Assembly: GCA_905182095.1 (NCBI GenBank)
Contig: CAJJAQ010000025.1
Location: 37,363 to 101,362, forward strand
Origin: an uncultured Pseudomonadales bacterium
GTDB lineage: Bacteria > Pseudomonadota > Gammaproteobacteria > Pseudomonadales > Azotimanducaceae
Length of the DNA stretch: 64,000 nucleotides
Reading direction: 5' to 3'
Shown: positions 43,081-53,659 of the stretch, one piece after another
Layout of the letters: the number at the start of each line of letters is the position of its first letter
How positions within the stretch are numbered: the stretch's first letter is position 1
Notes under the pieces: model-generated
Told to the model about the DNA's origin: nothing
The model's database searches: none
The model's input: the letters and a program-made list of their open reading frames with translations, nothing else
Program-made: the position numbers and the translations under genes

Positions 43081-43302
43081 TCAGTCTTTTTCAAGAGTCT
43101 TTAGCCTTCCGATCATTGATTCAACACGGTTTTTTGCGAGTTCATTCTTTTCAATAAGTTTCGCTCGCTCAATAGTCCAATTGCTCTGCTGAGTCTTTAG
43201 TGCTTTGTTCTCATTGGCAAACAAATGCACTAGCGCAATAAGATTGTCGACTTGTCGTTCAAGACGATTAAGTTCTTCATTTGGATATAATGGATCTGTC
43301 AT
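43081..43302 (-). CDS. small coiled-coil protein (ZapB-like, the family commonly found upstream of zapA in pseudomonads)
   Basis: About 73 aa with a heptad-rich sequence (LERQVDNLIALVHLFANENKALKTQQSNW...RLKTLEKD). I prefer the ATG at 43302 to the track's TTG at 43311. Confidence 0.6.
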   Translation of the reverse strand: MTDPLYPNEELNRLERQVDNLIALVHLFANENKALKTQQSNWTIERAKLIEKNELAKNRVESMIGRLKTLEKD

Positions 43303-43379
43303 GACGAGCAACTGGCAATTAGGCTAATAGTAGAGGATAGTTTGCGCCGTTTAGAATCTTTTGTGTAGCCCCTACTGAC

Positions 43380-43925
43380 GTGACAGAATTATTTATAAAA
43401 GCAGAACTCGCCTCCTCCGCTCTTGTGCCAGCAGAATTGCATGGCATGGTTTGTGGTATGGCGGTGAATGGTACGCCCGAGTTCGTTGTGGCGGACTTAG
43501 TTGCCCTTGCGGGCCCAGACACCCTCAATGATGAAGAAGCTCTAGGCGCCTTTATCACTGAGGCGCTAGATCAACTTTATGATCAGGAGATGTCCTTTGT
43601 GCCGCTGATTCCCGAAGACGACGAACCGTTGTCGGTCCGGGTTGAGGGCGTTGTGGAATGGAGTGGTGGGTTTTTGGCTGGATTTGCAGCAGGACTAACC
43701 GCCAGTCGCGACGAGTTACCGGTGGATGTGCAAGAAATCATTCGAGACTTTGCAGGGCTTTCAGGCATGGATGCTTCGGACTATGCAGATCAAGAACGCT
43801 TTGATTTGGAAGACATCGAGGAAAGCGAAGCTTCGCTAATGGAAATCTACGAATATATCCGCGTCAGCGTAGTGCTGATTATGGCCTTAATGGATGAGCA
43901 TCAAGCTCAGGAAGCAGCTGATTGA
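43380..43925 (+). CDS. ygfB: UPF0149 family protein YgfB
   Basis: ELHGMVCGMAV and an acidic C-terminal half. It lies immediately upstream of pepP-ubiH, as in E. coli and Pseudomonas. The start is GTG. Confidence 0.82.
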   Translation: MTELFIKAELASSALVPAELHGMVCGMAVNGTPEFVVADLVALAGPDTLNDEEALGAFITEALDQLYDQEMSFVPLIPEDDEPLSVRVEGVVEWSGGFLAGFAAGLTASRDELPVDVQEIIRDFAGLSGMDASDYADQERFDLEDIEESEASLMEIYEYIRVSVVLIMALMDEHQAQEAAD

Positions 43926-45253
43926 GTGTGGTCTCGATCAGTTCGAGTGAATATGCTCGCCGCCGTCGGCGTCTAATGAATGAAATGGAACCCGGTTCCA
44001 TCGCCGTGATTCCAGCAGCAACGCTGCAACGTCGCAACCGCGACATCTTTTACCCCTTTCGCCAAGACAGCGATTTCTATTACTTAACGGGTTTTTCTGA
44101 ACCTGATGCACTGTTGGTTTTGGTTCCCCTGCGTGAGCAAGGTGAGGCAATTCTATTTTGTCGCGAAAAGGATCCCAAGCTGGAGCAGCGCGACGGTGTA
44201 ATTTTGGGGCCAGAAGCGGCTGTGACAACCATTGGTGTGGATGACGCTTTCCCTGTTGCGGATGAAGATGAAATTTTGCCGGGCCTGCTTGAAAGTCGCC
44301 ATCGCATTTACATGACCATGGGCGAATACCCGTCCTTCGATGCGCGTATTTTAAGTTATGTCGCGCATATTCGAGGCCGAGAATCTGGTGGCGCTCAGCC
44401 TCCGGGCGAGTTTGTTTCGCTCAAGCATCTACTGCACGAACATCGTCTTTTTAAGTCGCCAATGGAAATAGCGCTGATGCGTCAGGCGGCTGAGATCAGT
44501 GCCAATGCTCACCTGCGTGCCATGCGTAAAGTTCGCCTTGGTATGCTTGAAAGCCAGCTTGAAGCAGAATTGGTCTACGAATTTATGCGCAGCGGTGCGG
44601 TTGCTGCAGCCTACCCGTCCATTGTGGGTGGCGGTGAAAACGCCTGTGTTTTGCATTACACCGACAATAATTGCACGCTCAATTCCGGCGAACTTGTGTT
44701 GATAGATGCCGGCTGCGAATACCAGCATTACGCCGGGGACATAACGCGAACCCTACCCATTAATGGCAGCTACTCGCCGGCGCAAAAAGCTTTATACAAC
44801 ATTGTACTTGCAGCCAATAAAGCAGCCATTGAGCTGTGTCGTCCCGGCCAGCATTTTAATGCGCCACATGAGGCTGCAGTAACGGTCATGGTGGAAGGCC
44901 TAATTAAATTAGGAATTTTGCAGGGCGTCAGAGACGAGATAATTGCTAACGCCGACTACCTGGCTTTTTGTCCCCATAAGAGTTCTCACTGGTTGGGTAT
45001 TGATGTTCATGATGTGGGTGACTATCGCCTTCATGATGAATGGCGACCACTGCAGCCCGGGATGGTTTTAACCATTGAACCCGGAATTTATATACCGCGT
45101 ACTGCGCAGACGGCAAAGGTGCCTGAACAATATCGAGGCATGGGCATACGTATTGAAGATGATGTACTGATTACCGAGGCTGGTTACGATGTACTCAGTT
45201 CATCAGTTGCCAAAGAAACGGCTGCTATTGAAAAGTTGATGCAAGTTCAATGA
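43922..45253 (+). CDS. pepP: Xaa-Pro aminopeptidase
   Basis: An N-terminal creatinase-like domain plus an M24B catalytic domain with metal ligands (LIDAGCEYQHYAGDITRT, HWLGIDVHD, TIEPGIY, IRIEDD). Confidence 0.95.
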   Translation: MSVVSISSSEYARRRRRLMNEMEPGSIAVIPAATLQRRNRDIFYPFRQDSDFYYLTGFSEPDALLVLVPLREQGEAILFCREKDPKLEQRDGVILGPEAAVTTIGVDDAFPVADEDEILPGLLESRHRIYMTMGEYPSFDARILSYVAHIRGRESGGAQPPGEFVSLKHLLHEHRLFKSPMEIALMRQAAEISANAHLRAMRKVRLGMLESQLEAELVYEFMRSGAVAAAYPSIVGGGENACVLHYTDNNCTLNSGELVLIDAGCEYQHYAGDITRTLPINGSYSPAQKALYNIVLAANKAAIELCRPGQHFNAPHEAAVTVMVEGLIKLGILQGVRDEIIANADYLAFCPHKSSHWLGIDVHDVGDYRLHDEWRPLQPGMVLTIEPGIYIPRTAQTAKVPEQYRGMGIRIEDDVLITEAGYDVLSSSVAKETAAIEKLMQVQ

Positions 45254-46479
45254 CGATTTCTTCTGCGTCTTTGGCGCAAATTCATTTAGCGGTGGTGGGT
45301 GCCGGCCCGGTGGGTGCTACAGCGGCTTTGTTGCTGTCCAAACAAGGCTACAAGGTGACGTTGATTGATCGGCAGGAACCTCAGCCGGGGCCTACTGGTC
45401 TAGGTATGGATATTCGTAACGTGGCGCTTTCGCCGGCATCTGCGCAGTTACTTGAAGACATTGAGGTTTGGCCAGAAGAGTGCGCTGCGGCCTACGACAC
45501 CATGCAAATTTGGGAGCAATGGGGGGTAAACGATTTGGTTTTCAATGCTGCTGATGTTGACCGCCCTGCGCTTGGCTGGATTGTTCAGGTGGCACCGTTA
45601 CTATCGAAACTTTGGCAACAGCTGCATCTGCAAGCAGATTCTACAGCGCCCCTTAATTTACTCTTGGGCCAAGTTCAGAGTATTCAAACGTCAGCGACTA
45701 AAAGCGCCAAAGTTGAATTAGTTATTCAGCAAGAAGATGCTGTTAAGCACTTAAGCGTTGATCTCGTGGTGGCAGCAGACGGCGCTGAATCTGTTGTGCG
45801 CAAATCATTAGCGGTGCCGGCAAAACTGATACCTACCGGGCAAATGGCACTAACGACGATTGTGCGCTGCGAACACACCCATCAAAACACCGCGTGGCAA
45901 AGATTTTTAGTCGACGGCCCATTAGCATTGTTGCCTGCCAGCGATGCTAATTTATGCTCAGTAGTTTGGTCTCAATCCGAGCAATCTTGTCAGCGTAGAC
46001 TGGCCCTCAGCGATGCTGCTTTTTGCCGTGAGTTAGAGCATGCTTTTGAAAGCCGGTTGGGCAAAATTCAGGCCGTGGCTCAGCGCCAAGCATTCCCTTT
46101 GCGTCAACAGTTGGCAGACACGGCTATGCCTCACCCCAGAGTTGTTCTTATCGGTGATGCCCTCAGAGTAGTGCATCCATTGGCGGGCCTTGGCGTTAAC
46201 CTTGGATTTGAGGATATCGCTGCGTTGCTGAAAATCATTCATGCTAATCCGCACTTTCTTCTCGATGACCCGAGTTCAGAGTTGAATAAATTTGCACGAC
46301 AACGGCATTTGCGCTCAGAATCAATGCTGCGGGCGTTAGATGGCTTGAAACGACTATATGGCCAAGATAACCCTGGTATTAGTTGGTTACGTAACGTCGG
46401 AGTGGGATTTTTTAACAATCAGCTGTGGCTTAAGCGACAAGTTATGCGCGAGGCAATGGGACTGACGCCCAAGCTCTGA
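45250..46479 (+). CDS. ubiH: UbiH/UbiF/VisC-family FAD-dependent ubiquinone-biosynthesis hydroxylase
   Basis: FAD fingerprint VVGAGPVGATAALLL and the later LIGDALRVVHPLAGLGVNLG motif. The start forms an ATGA overlap with pepP. Confidence 0.88.
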   Translation: MTISSASLAQIHLAVVGAGPVGATAALLLSKQGYKVTLIDRQEPQPGPTGLGMDIRNVALSPASAQLLEDIEVWPEECAAAYDTMQIWEQWGVNDLVFNAADVDRPALGWIVQVAPLLSKLWQQLHLQADSTAPLNLLLGQVQSIQTSATKSAKVELVIQQEDAVKHLSVDLVVAADGAESVVRKSLAVPAKLIPTGQMALTTIVRCEHTHQNTAWQRFLVDGPLALLPASDANLCSVVWSQSEQSCQRRLALSDAAFCRELEHAFESRLGKIQAVAQRQAFPLRQQLADTAMPHPRVVLIGDALRVVHPLAGLGVNLGFEDIAALLKIIHANPHFLLDDPSSELNKFARQRHLRSESMLRALDGLKRLYGQDNPGISWLRNVGVGFFNNQLWLKRQVMREAMGLTPKL

Positions 46480-46523
46480 TGCTAAGGCTCTGCGTTCGCG
46501 AATCTGCTGCTACTGCTAAGGCG

Positions 46524-46551
46524 AAAGCTGAGCCGTGAGCAGCTTTTTTTT
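46524..46551 (+). terminator. rho-independent terminator after ubiH
   Basis: A stem of AAAGCTG and CAGCTTT with a 9-nt loop, followed by a run of T residues (agcttttttttat). Confidence 0.6.
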
Positions 46552-46602
46552 ATTTGCATTTTCTAAATGCTATTTGGCAATTAACGGTATAAGAGATCGG
46601 TA

Positions 46603-47676
46603 ATGACAGAAAAAACACCCCTATACGAATCACATTTGGCTGCCGGTGGGCGCATGGTTGATTTTGCTGGTTGGATTATGCCGGTGAACTATGGCTCGCA
46701 GATTGAAGAGCACACCGCGGTGCGTACGGATGCCGGAATGTTTGATGTGTCGCATATGACGATTATCGACATTGAAGGCCCAGATGCTGAAGATTTTTTA
46801 CGTTCTACAATTGCCAACGACGTGGCCAACTTGGTGGTCAATCAAGCCCTTTATAGCGCGCTACTTAACGAGCAGGGCGGTATTTTGGACGACCTTATCG
46901 TCTATCGCTTGGCAAACAGTTTCCGTTGTGTAGTCAACGCTTCCACTCGGCAAAAGGTTTTAGCTTGGTTTGCGAAGCATGCTTATACCAATATGACATT
47001 TACCCACAAACCCCAAATTATGCTCGCGGTGCAAGGTCCTAACGCGATTCTGCGATTGTCTGAAGTCCCCGGTGGGCCTAAGTTGAGCGAGCTGAAGCCT
47101 TTTTATGCTGTGGCTTTCGGTGATTGGCTGATCGGTAGAACAGGTTACACCGGTGAAGACGGTGTTGAGGTCATGCTACCCGTGGAGCAAGGCATCAAGC
47201 TCTGGCAACAACTGCGTGATGCGGGTGTTGCACCCGCCGGTTTAGGCGCTCGAGATACATTGCGCTTAGAAGCCGGGCTGAATTTGTATGGACAGGATAT
47301 GGATGAGACGACGTCACCACTGGTCAGTAACATTGGCTGGACTGTTGCTTGGAACCCTCCTGAACGCGTCTTTATTGGTCGCTCAGCTTTAGAGGCGCAA
47401 AGAGGTAACGTCGGAGAAAAATTGGTCGGCTTAGTTTTAGAAGATAAAGGCATTTTGCGCCATGACCAGAAAGTCATCACCAATGCGGGCGATGGCATTA
47501 TTACCAGTGGAACCTATTCGCCCAGTCTCGAATACAGTATTGGCCTAGCACGAGTGCCAGCTAATGCGACCGGTGAATGTCAGGTAGACATCCGAGGCAA
47601 GATGAAAAAGGCGCGGCTGGTCAGGCCACCCTTTGTGCGCAAAGGTAAAGATCTTGTGGCGAAAAAACCGCTCTGA
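46603..47676 (+). CDS. gcvT: glycine cleavage system aminomethyltransferase (T protein)
   Basis: TPLYESHLAAGGRMVDFAGWIMPVNY, DVSHM and GYTGEDGVE motifs. Confidence 0.96.
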   Translation: MTEKTPLYESHLAAGGRMVDFAGWIMPVNYGSQIEEHTAVRTDAGMFDVSHMTIIDIEGPDAEDFLRSTIANDVANLVVNQALYSALLNEQGGILDDLIVYRLANSFRCVVNASTRQKVLAWFAKHAYTNMTFTHKPQIMLAVQGPNAILRLSEVPGGPKLSELKPFYAVAFGDWLIGRTGYTGEDGVEVMLPVEQGIKLWQQLRDAGVAPAGLGARDTLRLEAGLNLYGQDMDETTSPLVSNIGWTVAWNPPERVFIGRSALEAQRGNVGEKLVGLVLEDKGILRHDQKVITNAGDGIITSGTYSPSLEYSIGLARVPANATGECQVDIRGKMKKARLVRPPFVRKGKDLVAKKPL

Positions 47677-47834
47677 CCTTAGCAGCGGTCAAGGGCGGGT
47701 AAAAACTAAGACTGCTTGAAAAAAAACCGCAAAAAAAGCTTTTGTAAAACAAATAAAGCTAGGCGAGAGATTGCCAAAACAGGCAAAATACCGAGAAAAT
47801 TCATATGTCCCAACAGTCAGAGAAAAGGTATAGC

Positions 47835-48233
47835 TCCATGAGTGAAATCCCCAATGAAATGAAGTTTGCAGCAACCCACGAGTGGGCACGTCTAGAAGAG
47901 GATGGCACTGTCACTGTGGGCATTAGCGATCATGCTCAACAGGCATTGGGAGACGTGGTCTTTGTTGAGATGCCCGAATTGGGGTTGACCATTTCTGAGG
48001 GTGAGGAAGCTGGCGTCGTGGAATCTGTGAAAGCCGCATCTGATATTTATGCGCCTATTCGTGGTGAAGTCATTGAAGTAAATCCGAAGCTTGATGATGC
48101 ACCAGAAACAGTTAACGAAGACCCCTACGGGGAGGGTTGGTTTTTCAAACTCCAACCCCAAGATCTTTCTGATCTTGATGAACTTTTAGACGCCGAAGCC
48201 TACGCTGAAGTGTGCGATTCAGAAGAACACTAA
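47835..48233 (+). CDS. gcvH: glycine cleavage system H protein
   Basis: Lipoyl-lysine context ESVKAASD and the N-terminal [11 protein letters not shown] trimmed the start to the ATG at 47835, downstream of an AGAAAAGG RBS. Confidence 0.95.
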   Translation, partial: SMSEIPNEMKFAATHEWARLEEDGTVTVGISDHAQQALGDVVFVEMPELGLTISEGEEAGVVESVKAASDIYAPIRGEVIEVNPKLDDAPETVNEDPYGEGWFFKLQPQDLSDLDELLDAEAYAEVCDSEEH

Positions 48234-48302
48234 AATTTAGAAAAAAATTGTTCAGCAACAAGTGCTGTGACTGGTTGTAGTTGTAATTTCCCGGAGAGTT
48301 AA

Positions 48303-49721
48303 ATGCCCTTTATCCCCCATACTCAGGCGGATGTGGATGTCATGTTGGCCGAAATCGGTGTTGCAGATATCGATTCTTTGTTCGATGAGATACCCAAAGA
48401 ACTAACAAGTGACCGACTGGATCATGTGCCCGAGGGCATGAGTGAGTTGGCCATGTTGCAACATATGGCTGAGCGCGCAGAACAGGACCAGGGCTATACT
48501 TGTTTTCTCGGAGGTGGCAGCTATGACCATCACATACCTTCGGCGGTTTGGGACTTAACCACCCGGGGCGAATTCATGACGGCGTATACGCCGTATCAGG
48601 CCGAAGCGAGTCAGGGTACGTTGCAACTGATATATGAATATCAATCCATGATGGTAGCGTTAACTGGCATGGATGTGTCGAACGCTTCGGTTTATGACGG
48701 CGCCAGTGGTCTTGCTGAAGCGGTATTGATGGCCATCCGGGCAAATAAGAAAAACAAATCTGGTCGAGTATTAATCGCTCAGACTGTGCACCCTCATTAC
48801 ACCCAAACCACGCGCAATATTGTGCAGAACCAAAATGTGCTTATCGAAGCACTGCCTATGCATGGCGACGGTGCGGGTGGCGTGCTAGATCTGTCGGCGC
48901 TTAACGCTGGCGCAGCCCAAGGCGAAGCGCCTGGGGCCATTGTTATCCAGCAACCTAACTTTTATGGCCGCATGGAAGATGTGGATGCGTTAGCCGATTG
49001 GGCTCACGCGCAAAATACTTTAGTTATCGCCGTGGTCAACCCGATGTCTTTAGGTGTGCTTAAGCCGCCCAGTGAGTGGGGTAAAAATGGCGCCGATATC
49101 GTTTGTGGTGACGGGCAACCCTTTGGTGTGCCCATGGCTTCTGGCGGACCATCGTTCGGATTTATTTGTTCGCGTAAAGAGTACATGCGTCAATTGCCGG
49201 GGCGGATTATCGGTAAGACCGAAGATTTGGATGGGCGTACAGGTTATACATTAACGCTACAAGCCCGTGAGCAGCACATTCGCCGTGGTAAGGCGACATC
49301 AAATATTTGTACTAATCAGGGGCTTTTGGTCACCGCGGGTACTATTTACATGAGTTTAATGGGCCCCCAGGGAATTCGTGAAACCGCAATCACCTGTCAC
49401 CGTCGCGCGGTGGAATTACAGCAACGACTGCTGCAAATTGATGGTGTGGAAGAATTCTTCACAGGACCTTTCTTCCATGAGTTTGCCCTGCGCTTACCTA
49501 TACCAGCTGTCAAAGTGGTTGAAGCTATGATGGCGGAAGGCATTCTGCCCGGACTGGTGCTTGCAGATTTTAGCGATGGCAGTCTGGAGCACGCGAAATA
49601 TGGTTTATTGGTAGCAGTCACAGAAAAACGTACAAATGCTGAGATAGAACAATACGTCACAATGTTGACGCGAGTTTTACAGCAAAGCGCCTCGTCCACA
49701 AATGTACAGGCAGGGAGCTGA
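48303..49721 (+). CDS. gcvPA: glycine dehydrogenase (decarboxylating) subunit 1
   Basis: MPFIPHT... N-terminus, with [16 protein letters not shown] typical of the alpha (N-terminal) half of P protein. It is a separate ORF from the beta half. Confidence 0.93.
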   Translation: MPFIPHTQADVDVMLAEIGVADIDSLFDEIPKELTSDRLDHVPEGMSELAMLQHMAERAEQDQGYTCFLGGGSYDHHIPSAVWDLTTRGEFMTAYTPYQAEASQGTLQLIYEYQSMMVALTGMDVSNASVYDGASGLAEAVLMAIRANKKNKSGRVLIAQTVHPHYTQTTRNIVQNQNVLIEALPMHGDGAGGVLDLSALNAGAAQGEAPGAIVIQQPNFYGRMEDVDALADWAHAQNTLVIAVVNPMSLGVLKPPSEWGKNGADIVCGDGQPFGVPMASGGPSFGFICSRKEYMRQLPGRIIGKTEDLDGRTGYTLTLQAREQHIRRGKATSNICTNQGLLVTAGTIYMSLMGPQGIRETAITCHRRAVELQQRLLQIDGVEEFFTGPFFHEFALRLPIPAVKVVEAMMAEGILPGLVLADFSDGSLEHAKYGLLVAVTEKRTNAEIEQYVTMLTRVLQQSASSTNVQAGS

Positions 49722-49725
49722 ACAA

Positions 49726-51228
49726 ATGCTAAATATGGATCCAACAAATAAGGCCGACCAGGGCAAAACAATATTTCAGCGCAGCTCCACTGGACGACGA
49801 GCCATGGCGCAAAGAGTAGATGGCACTAATGAAAAGGATTTAGCAGATATTCCTCAGGAGTTTTTGCGTGAACTACCGCCGCAGTTGCCCGAGGTGTCTG
49901 AATTACAGGTGGTAAGACACTATACCAACTTGTCCCAGCAAAATTTTTCTATCGATACGCAGTTTTACCCTCTGGGTTCCTGCACCATGAAATACAATCC
50001 TCGTGGTGCTCATAAAGCAGCCAGCATGCCCGGATTTTTGGGTCGTCATCCTTTGGCGCCTGAAGCTGCTAGTCAGGGTCACCTAGCTTGCATGTTCGAT
50101 TTGCAGGAAATTTTGAAAGATGTCACCGGCATGAAAGGTGTATCCCTAGCACCAATGGCTGGCGCCCAGGGTGAGTTCGCCGGGGTTGCTATGATTCGTG
50201 CTTACCACGAAGCCCGGGGTGATGACGCGCGGACAGAAATTATTGTCCCCATCGCAGCTCACGGTACTAATCCAGCTACGGCGGTAATGTGTGGTTACAA
50301 GGTGACCGAAGTACCAGTGAATGCAGATGGTGATGTAGACCTAGCCGCGCTGAAAGAAAAAGTAGGTCCGCAAACAGCGGGTTTGATGATGACCAACCCT
50401 TCTACTTGTGGGGTATTTGAGCGTCAGATTCAAGAAATCGCCGCAACGGTCCATGGGGCCGGCGGACTGCTTTATTATGACGGGGCCAATCTGAATGCCA
50501 TTTTGGGCAAGGTGAAACCCGGGGACATGGGTTTCGATGTGTTACACATGAACCTGCATAAAACCTTTGCTACTCCCCATGGTGGTGGTGGACCTGGTGC
50601 TGGACCTGTAGGCGTTAGTGAGCGTTTACTACCTCATTTGCCTATTCCTGTAGTAGAGAAAAATGACCTAGGCTATCGATGGATGGGTAAGGAAGACCTG
50701 CCGTTAAGTATTGGTACGCTGTCTGGTTTTTCTGGCAACGCTGGCATTTTGCTTCGAGCATTAGCCTATGCATTGCTACTCGGTCGAGAAGGCATGCATC
50801 GGGTTGGCCAGTATGCAACTTTGAATGCCAACTACATGGCCGCTCGATTTGCCAAGGCTGGGTTCCAGTTGGCATATCCGGAAAGGCGCGCAACCCATGA
50901 GTTTATTTTGACCTTCCAAAAGGAAGCAAAAACCCTCGGCGTTAACGCAATGGATATTGCCAAGCGGTTGTTAGACTACGGTGTGCATTCGCCCACAACC
51001 TACTTTCCCCTGTTAGTGCCAGAGTGTTTTCTTGTGGAACCTACAGAAACAGAAAGTAAGGAAGAGTTGGACGCCTTTGTAGAAGCTTTGATTAAGGTTA
51101 AAGCCGAAGCCGAGGCTGATCAGGAGTTTGTTAAACTGGCCCCGTATACAACACCGGTCAGGCGATTAGATGATGTGAAAGCGGCTCGGCAACTAGACTT
51201 GGCGTGGCACGCCAACCAACCCTCCTGA
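49726..51228 (+). CDS. gcvPB: glycine dehydrogenase (decarboxylating) subunit 2
   Basis: [12 protein letters not shown] and the PLP-lysine region [16 protein letters not shown]. The ATG at 49726 follows GGGAGC and lies 4 nt after the gcvPA stop. Confidence 0.93.
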   Translation: MLNMDPTNKADQGKTIFQRSSTGRRAMAQRVDGTNEKDLADIPQEFLRELPPQLPEVSELQVVRHYTNLSQQNFSIDTQFYPLGSCTMKYNPRGAHKAASMPGFLGRHPLAPEAASQGHLACMFDLQEILKDVTGMKGVSLAPMAGAQGEFAGVAMIRAYHEARGDDARTEIIVPIAAHGTNPATAVMCGYKVTEVPVNADGDVDLAALKEKVGPQTAGLMMTNPSTCGVFERQIQEIAATVHGAGGLLYYDGANLNAILGKVKPGDMGFDVLHMNLHKTFATPHGGGGPGAGPVGVSERLLPHLPIPVVEKNDLGYRWMGKEDLPLSIGTLSGFSGNAGILLRALAYALLLGREGMHRVGQYATLNANYMAARFAKAGFQLAYPERRATHEFILTFQKEAKTLGVNAMDIAKRLLDYGVHSPTTYFPLLVPECFLVEPTETESKEELDAFVEALIKVKAEAEADQEFVKLAPYTTPVRRLDDVKAARQLDLAWHANQPS

Positions 51229-51254
51229 GCCGTTGGCAGGGGCAGATAGCATTC

Positions 51255-51278
51255 AGTGGCAGCTATTAGCTTGCCACT
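51255..51278. terminator. palindromic hairpin between the convergent gcvPB and yyaL-like genes
   Basis: AGTGGCA (51255-51261) pairs with TGCCACT (51272-51278). The stem is extendable through AGCT/AGCT with one bulge. There is no clear U-tract on either strand. Confidence 0.4.
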
Positions 51279-51316
51279 AAGTTATTGCTACCTATTTCGC
51301 GTGGCCTAACTTTTAG

Positions 51317-53422
51317 TCAGTCATTTAATGCTTTTTTGAACAACTCTAAATCGGTTATTGGTTTAGCGCATTCATCTCCATCATGAATAAAGGCACTGAC
51401 CCTGTTTTTGGTTTCCGAGCTCACCAGCCCCGGTAAGTAGCTGGGAATAGTCCTGCTGTCATCGTAGGGAATTGCATAGCAGCTGCGCCAAGGCGCGTAG
51501 TTGCTGCCTATAACATCTTGCCATTCACGCATTTTCTCACGAGGTCCGCGCAGCACGATCTGTACGATTGGTTCGTTGGCATCTTCAAGCGCCATGATCA
51601 GACCGTAATGACTAGATGGATATTGCTCCATGATGGGTCTTGCCCAACGTAAGGTGTTGGTTGCCACATCTAAGTACTCGGTTTTGCCAAGTAAGTGGCC
51701 GAGGCGATTGAGTGCCAGTGCTAATGTTGCATTACCCGGTGGCACAGATTCGTCCAAGGTCGGCTTTGGTCGAAACAGTAGGTTTTCTTGGTCTTCGTGG
51801 CTGAAGAAAAAACCGCCGTGGTCGGTATCGTAAAAGCCGCTAATGACAGCATCGGCCAAGGCAACGGCAAAAGCTGCGTCTTGTTCTCTCCAGCGGCATT
51901 GTAATAAATCCAACAGACCCATAATGACGTTGGCATAGTCGTCTAAAAACCCATGGCTGTGTTCGCTATGGTTGCGCCAATTTGCGGTTAAAGCTTTGCC
52001 ATTCCAACATTGGCTATAAAGGAAGTCCGCCAGTTGCTCTGCGCTGCTGATCCATTCAGGACGTTCCATTACTGTACCTGCTTCCACCAGCCCACTGATC
52101 AATAAGCCATTCCAGCCAGTAAGGATAGTTTCGTCTATTCTTGGCACTGTGCGTTGTTGTCGCTGCATCAAGAGTTTCTCTTTGCCGCTGGTCAATAACT
52201 GATTCGCTGCTGCAGTTTGCATGGATAGCCGTTCCACCACTGAGCGATAAGAGTCTCGGCGGTGCAGGCTCCAATGGTTATTCAGATTCGCCGGCTTATC
52301 TAATTCGTATAATGTTTCAATCAGCAGGTATTCATCTTCTTCAAGGAGTTTCTTAATTTCATCGCGACGCCACAGGTAGTATTTACCAACACCGTTGGAT
52401 TGCGTCAGAAGCGCGTCTTGGGATGCATAAAATCCGCCGTTTGCATGACGCATTTCACCCATCAGCCAAGCGATGGTATCGCTGATGGCATCCTGGAACA
52501 GCGGATCAGGCCCCAGTCGCAACGCCTCAGCAAAAATCGATAGCAGCTGGGCGTTGTCATATAGAACCTTTTCAAAATAGGGTGTTCGCCACTGGCGATC
52601 TGTTGTGTAACGAAAAAAACCGCCGCCTAAATGATCGTAAATGCCACCTCTGGCAATTCTTGTGAGTGTTGTCATAACCACTTCTAGGGCATTTTTGTCA
52701 TTGTCTTTATGCCTTCTTGAAATTGCCCAATGTCGGAGCAAACCCTGCAACCTGACGGTCATGGCAAATTTGGGGCCTTGGCCAAATCCCCCCTCGCTCT
52801 CGTCAAACTGATTAGCTACCTGATCCTTGGCTAAAAAAATCAGCTCAGCGTCGGGCATATTTGGATCAAGGAGCGGTGGGTACATTTGCTTCACGGCTTG
52901 AGCCATCTTTGCTGATTGTGTGCGCAAATCTTCAGCTTGATCGGTGAACGCTTGGCTTAAACGCATTAACAAGTCAGCAAATCCTGGCATCGTACTTGTG
53001 GCATTTTTGGCAAAGTAAGCGCCACCAAAAAACGGCGTCAGATTTTGTGGGTCTATGACTACTGTCAAAGGCCAACCACCGTTGTTTTTGTTCAAAAGTT
53101 GCAGTGCGCTTTGGTAGACTTTGTCTAAGTCCGGTCTCTCTTCGCGGTCGACCTTTATATTTATAAAATGCTCATTCATGATTTGCGCGGTGCTAGGGTC
53201 AGAAAATGACTCTCGGGACATTAACTCGCACCATGGATTAGTGGCGTAACCAATGGACAGCAAAATCGGCTTGTTCTGTTCTTTCGCCTTGGTCAGGGCA
53301 TCCGCACTCCATGGGTGCCAATGGACTGGTTGAGTTTGGTGATCTAATAAGTAGAGGCTAGTTTCGCCACTGAGATGGTTAGGCATAGATTGTGAGTTCG
53401 ACTGAAAAGAGAATTTTCGCAT
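51317..53422 (-). CDS. thioredoxin-domain-containing protein (YyaL/DUF255 family) with a C-terminal six-hairpin glycosidase-like / N-acylglucosamine-2-epimerase-like domain
   Basis: N-terminal region ETSLYLLDHQTQPVHWHPWS...KPILLSIGYATNPWCELM, followed by a ~500-aa alpha-alpha toroid-like region. The alternative start ATG at 53386 (MPNHLSGE...) is equally plausible. Confidence 0.82.
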   Translation of the reverse strand: MRKFSFQSNSQSMPNHLSGETSLYLLDHQTQPVHWHPWSADALTKAKEQNKPILLSIGYATNPWCELMSRESFSDPSTAQIMNEHFINIKVDREERPDLDKVYQSALQLLNKNNGGWPLTVVIDPQNLTPFFGGAYFAKNATSTMPGFADLLMRLSQAFTDQAEDLRTQSAKMAQAVKQMYPPLLDPNMPDAELIFLAKDQVANQFDESEGGFGQGPKFAMTVRLQGLLRHWAISRRHKDNDKNALEVVMTTLTRIARGGIYDHLGGGFFRYTTDRQWRTPYFEKVLYDNAQLLSIFAEALRLGPDPLFQDAISDTIAWLMGEMRHANGGFYASQDALLTQSNGVGKYYLWRRDEIKKLLEEDEYLLIETLYELDKPANLNNHWSLHRRDSYRSVVERLSMQTAAANQLLTSGKEKLLMQRQQRTVPRIDETILTGWNGLLISGLVEAGTVMERPEWISSAEQLADFLYSQCWNGKALTANWRNHSEHSHGFLDDYANVIMGLLDLLQCRWREQDAAFAVALADAVISGFYDTDHGGFFFSHEDQENLLFRPKPTLDESVPPGNATLALALNRLGHLLGKTEYLDVATNTLRWARPIMEQYPSSHYGLIMALEDANEPIVQIVLRGPREKMREWQDVIGSNYAPWRSCYAIPYDDSRTIPSYLPGLVSSETKNRVSAFIHDGDECAKPITDLELFKKALND

Positions 53423-53659
53423 GATTTGCTGTGTAGGGGTCGAATAGATCTTAGATTAGCGCGAATTTGCACAACTGAATTTGCTGCTGGCGCGCCTCTC
53501 CGAGTTGTTTTACGGTCATAGTTTGTGTGCCTTGGCGCGTCAATCTGGCGCGCTCCACCATAGTCGACGTTTTGCCCCGAATATTCCCTCGTTGACATTT
53601 CTGCTTCACATTTTAGGGTATGGTGTTGAACTCTATATGACCGCTTCACGAGGCATTTG

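Noticed and set aside
46480-46602. A glycine riboswitch or sigma-54 promoter upstream of gcvT. There is also a small palindrome, GCATTTTCTAAATGC, at 46556-46570.
   Set aside because: The spacer is only 123 nt, and about 50 nt of that is the ubiH terminator. That is too short for a tandem glycine riboswitch, and I see no conserved GGAGAG...CACCG-type cores. TTGGCAattaacGGTAT lacks the GC of a -12 element. The 6-bp-arm palindrome is too short to be significant on its own.
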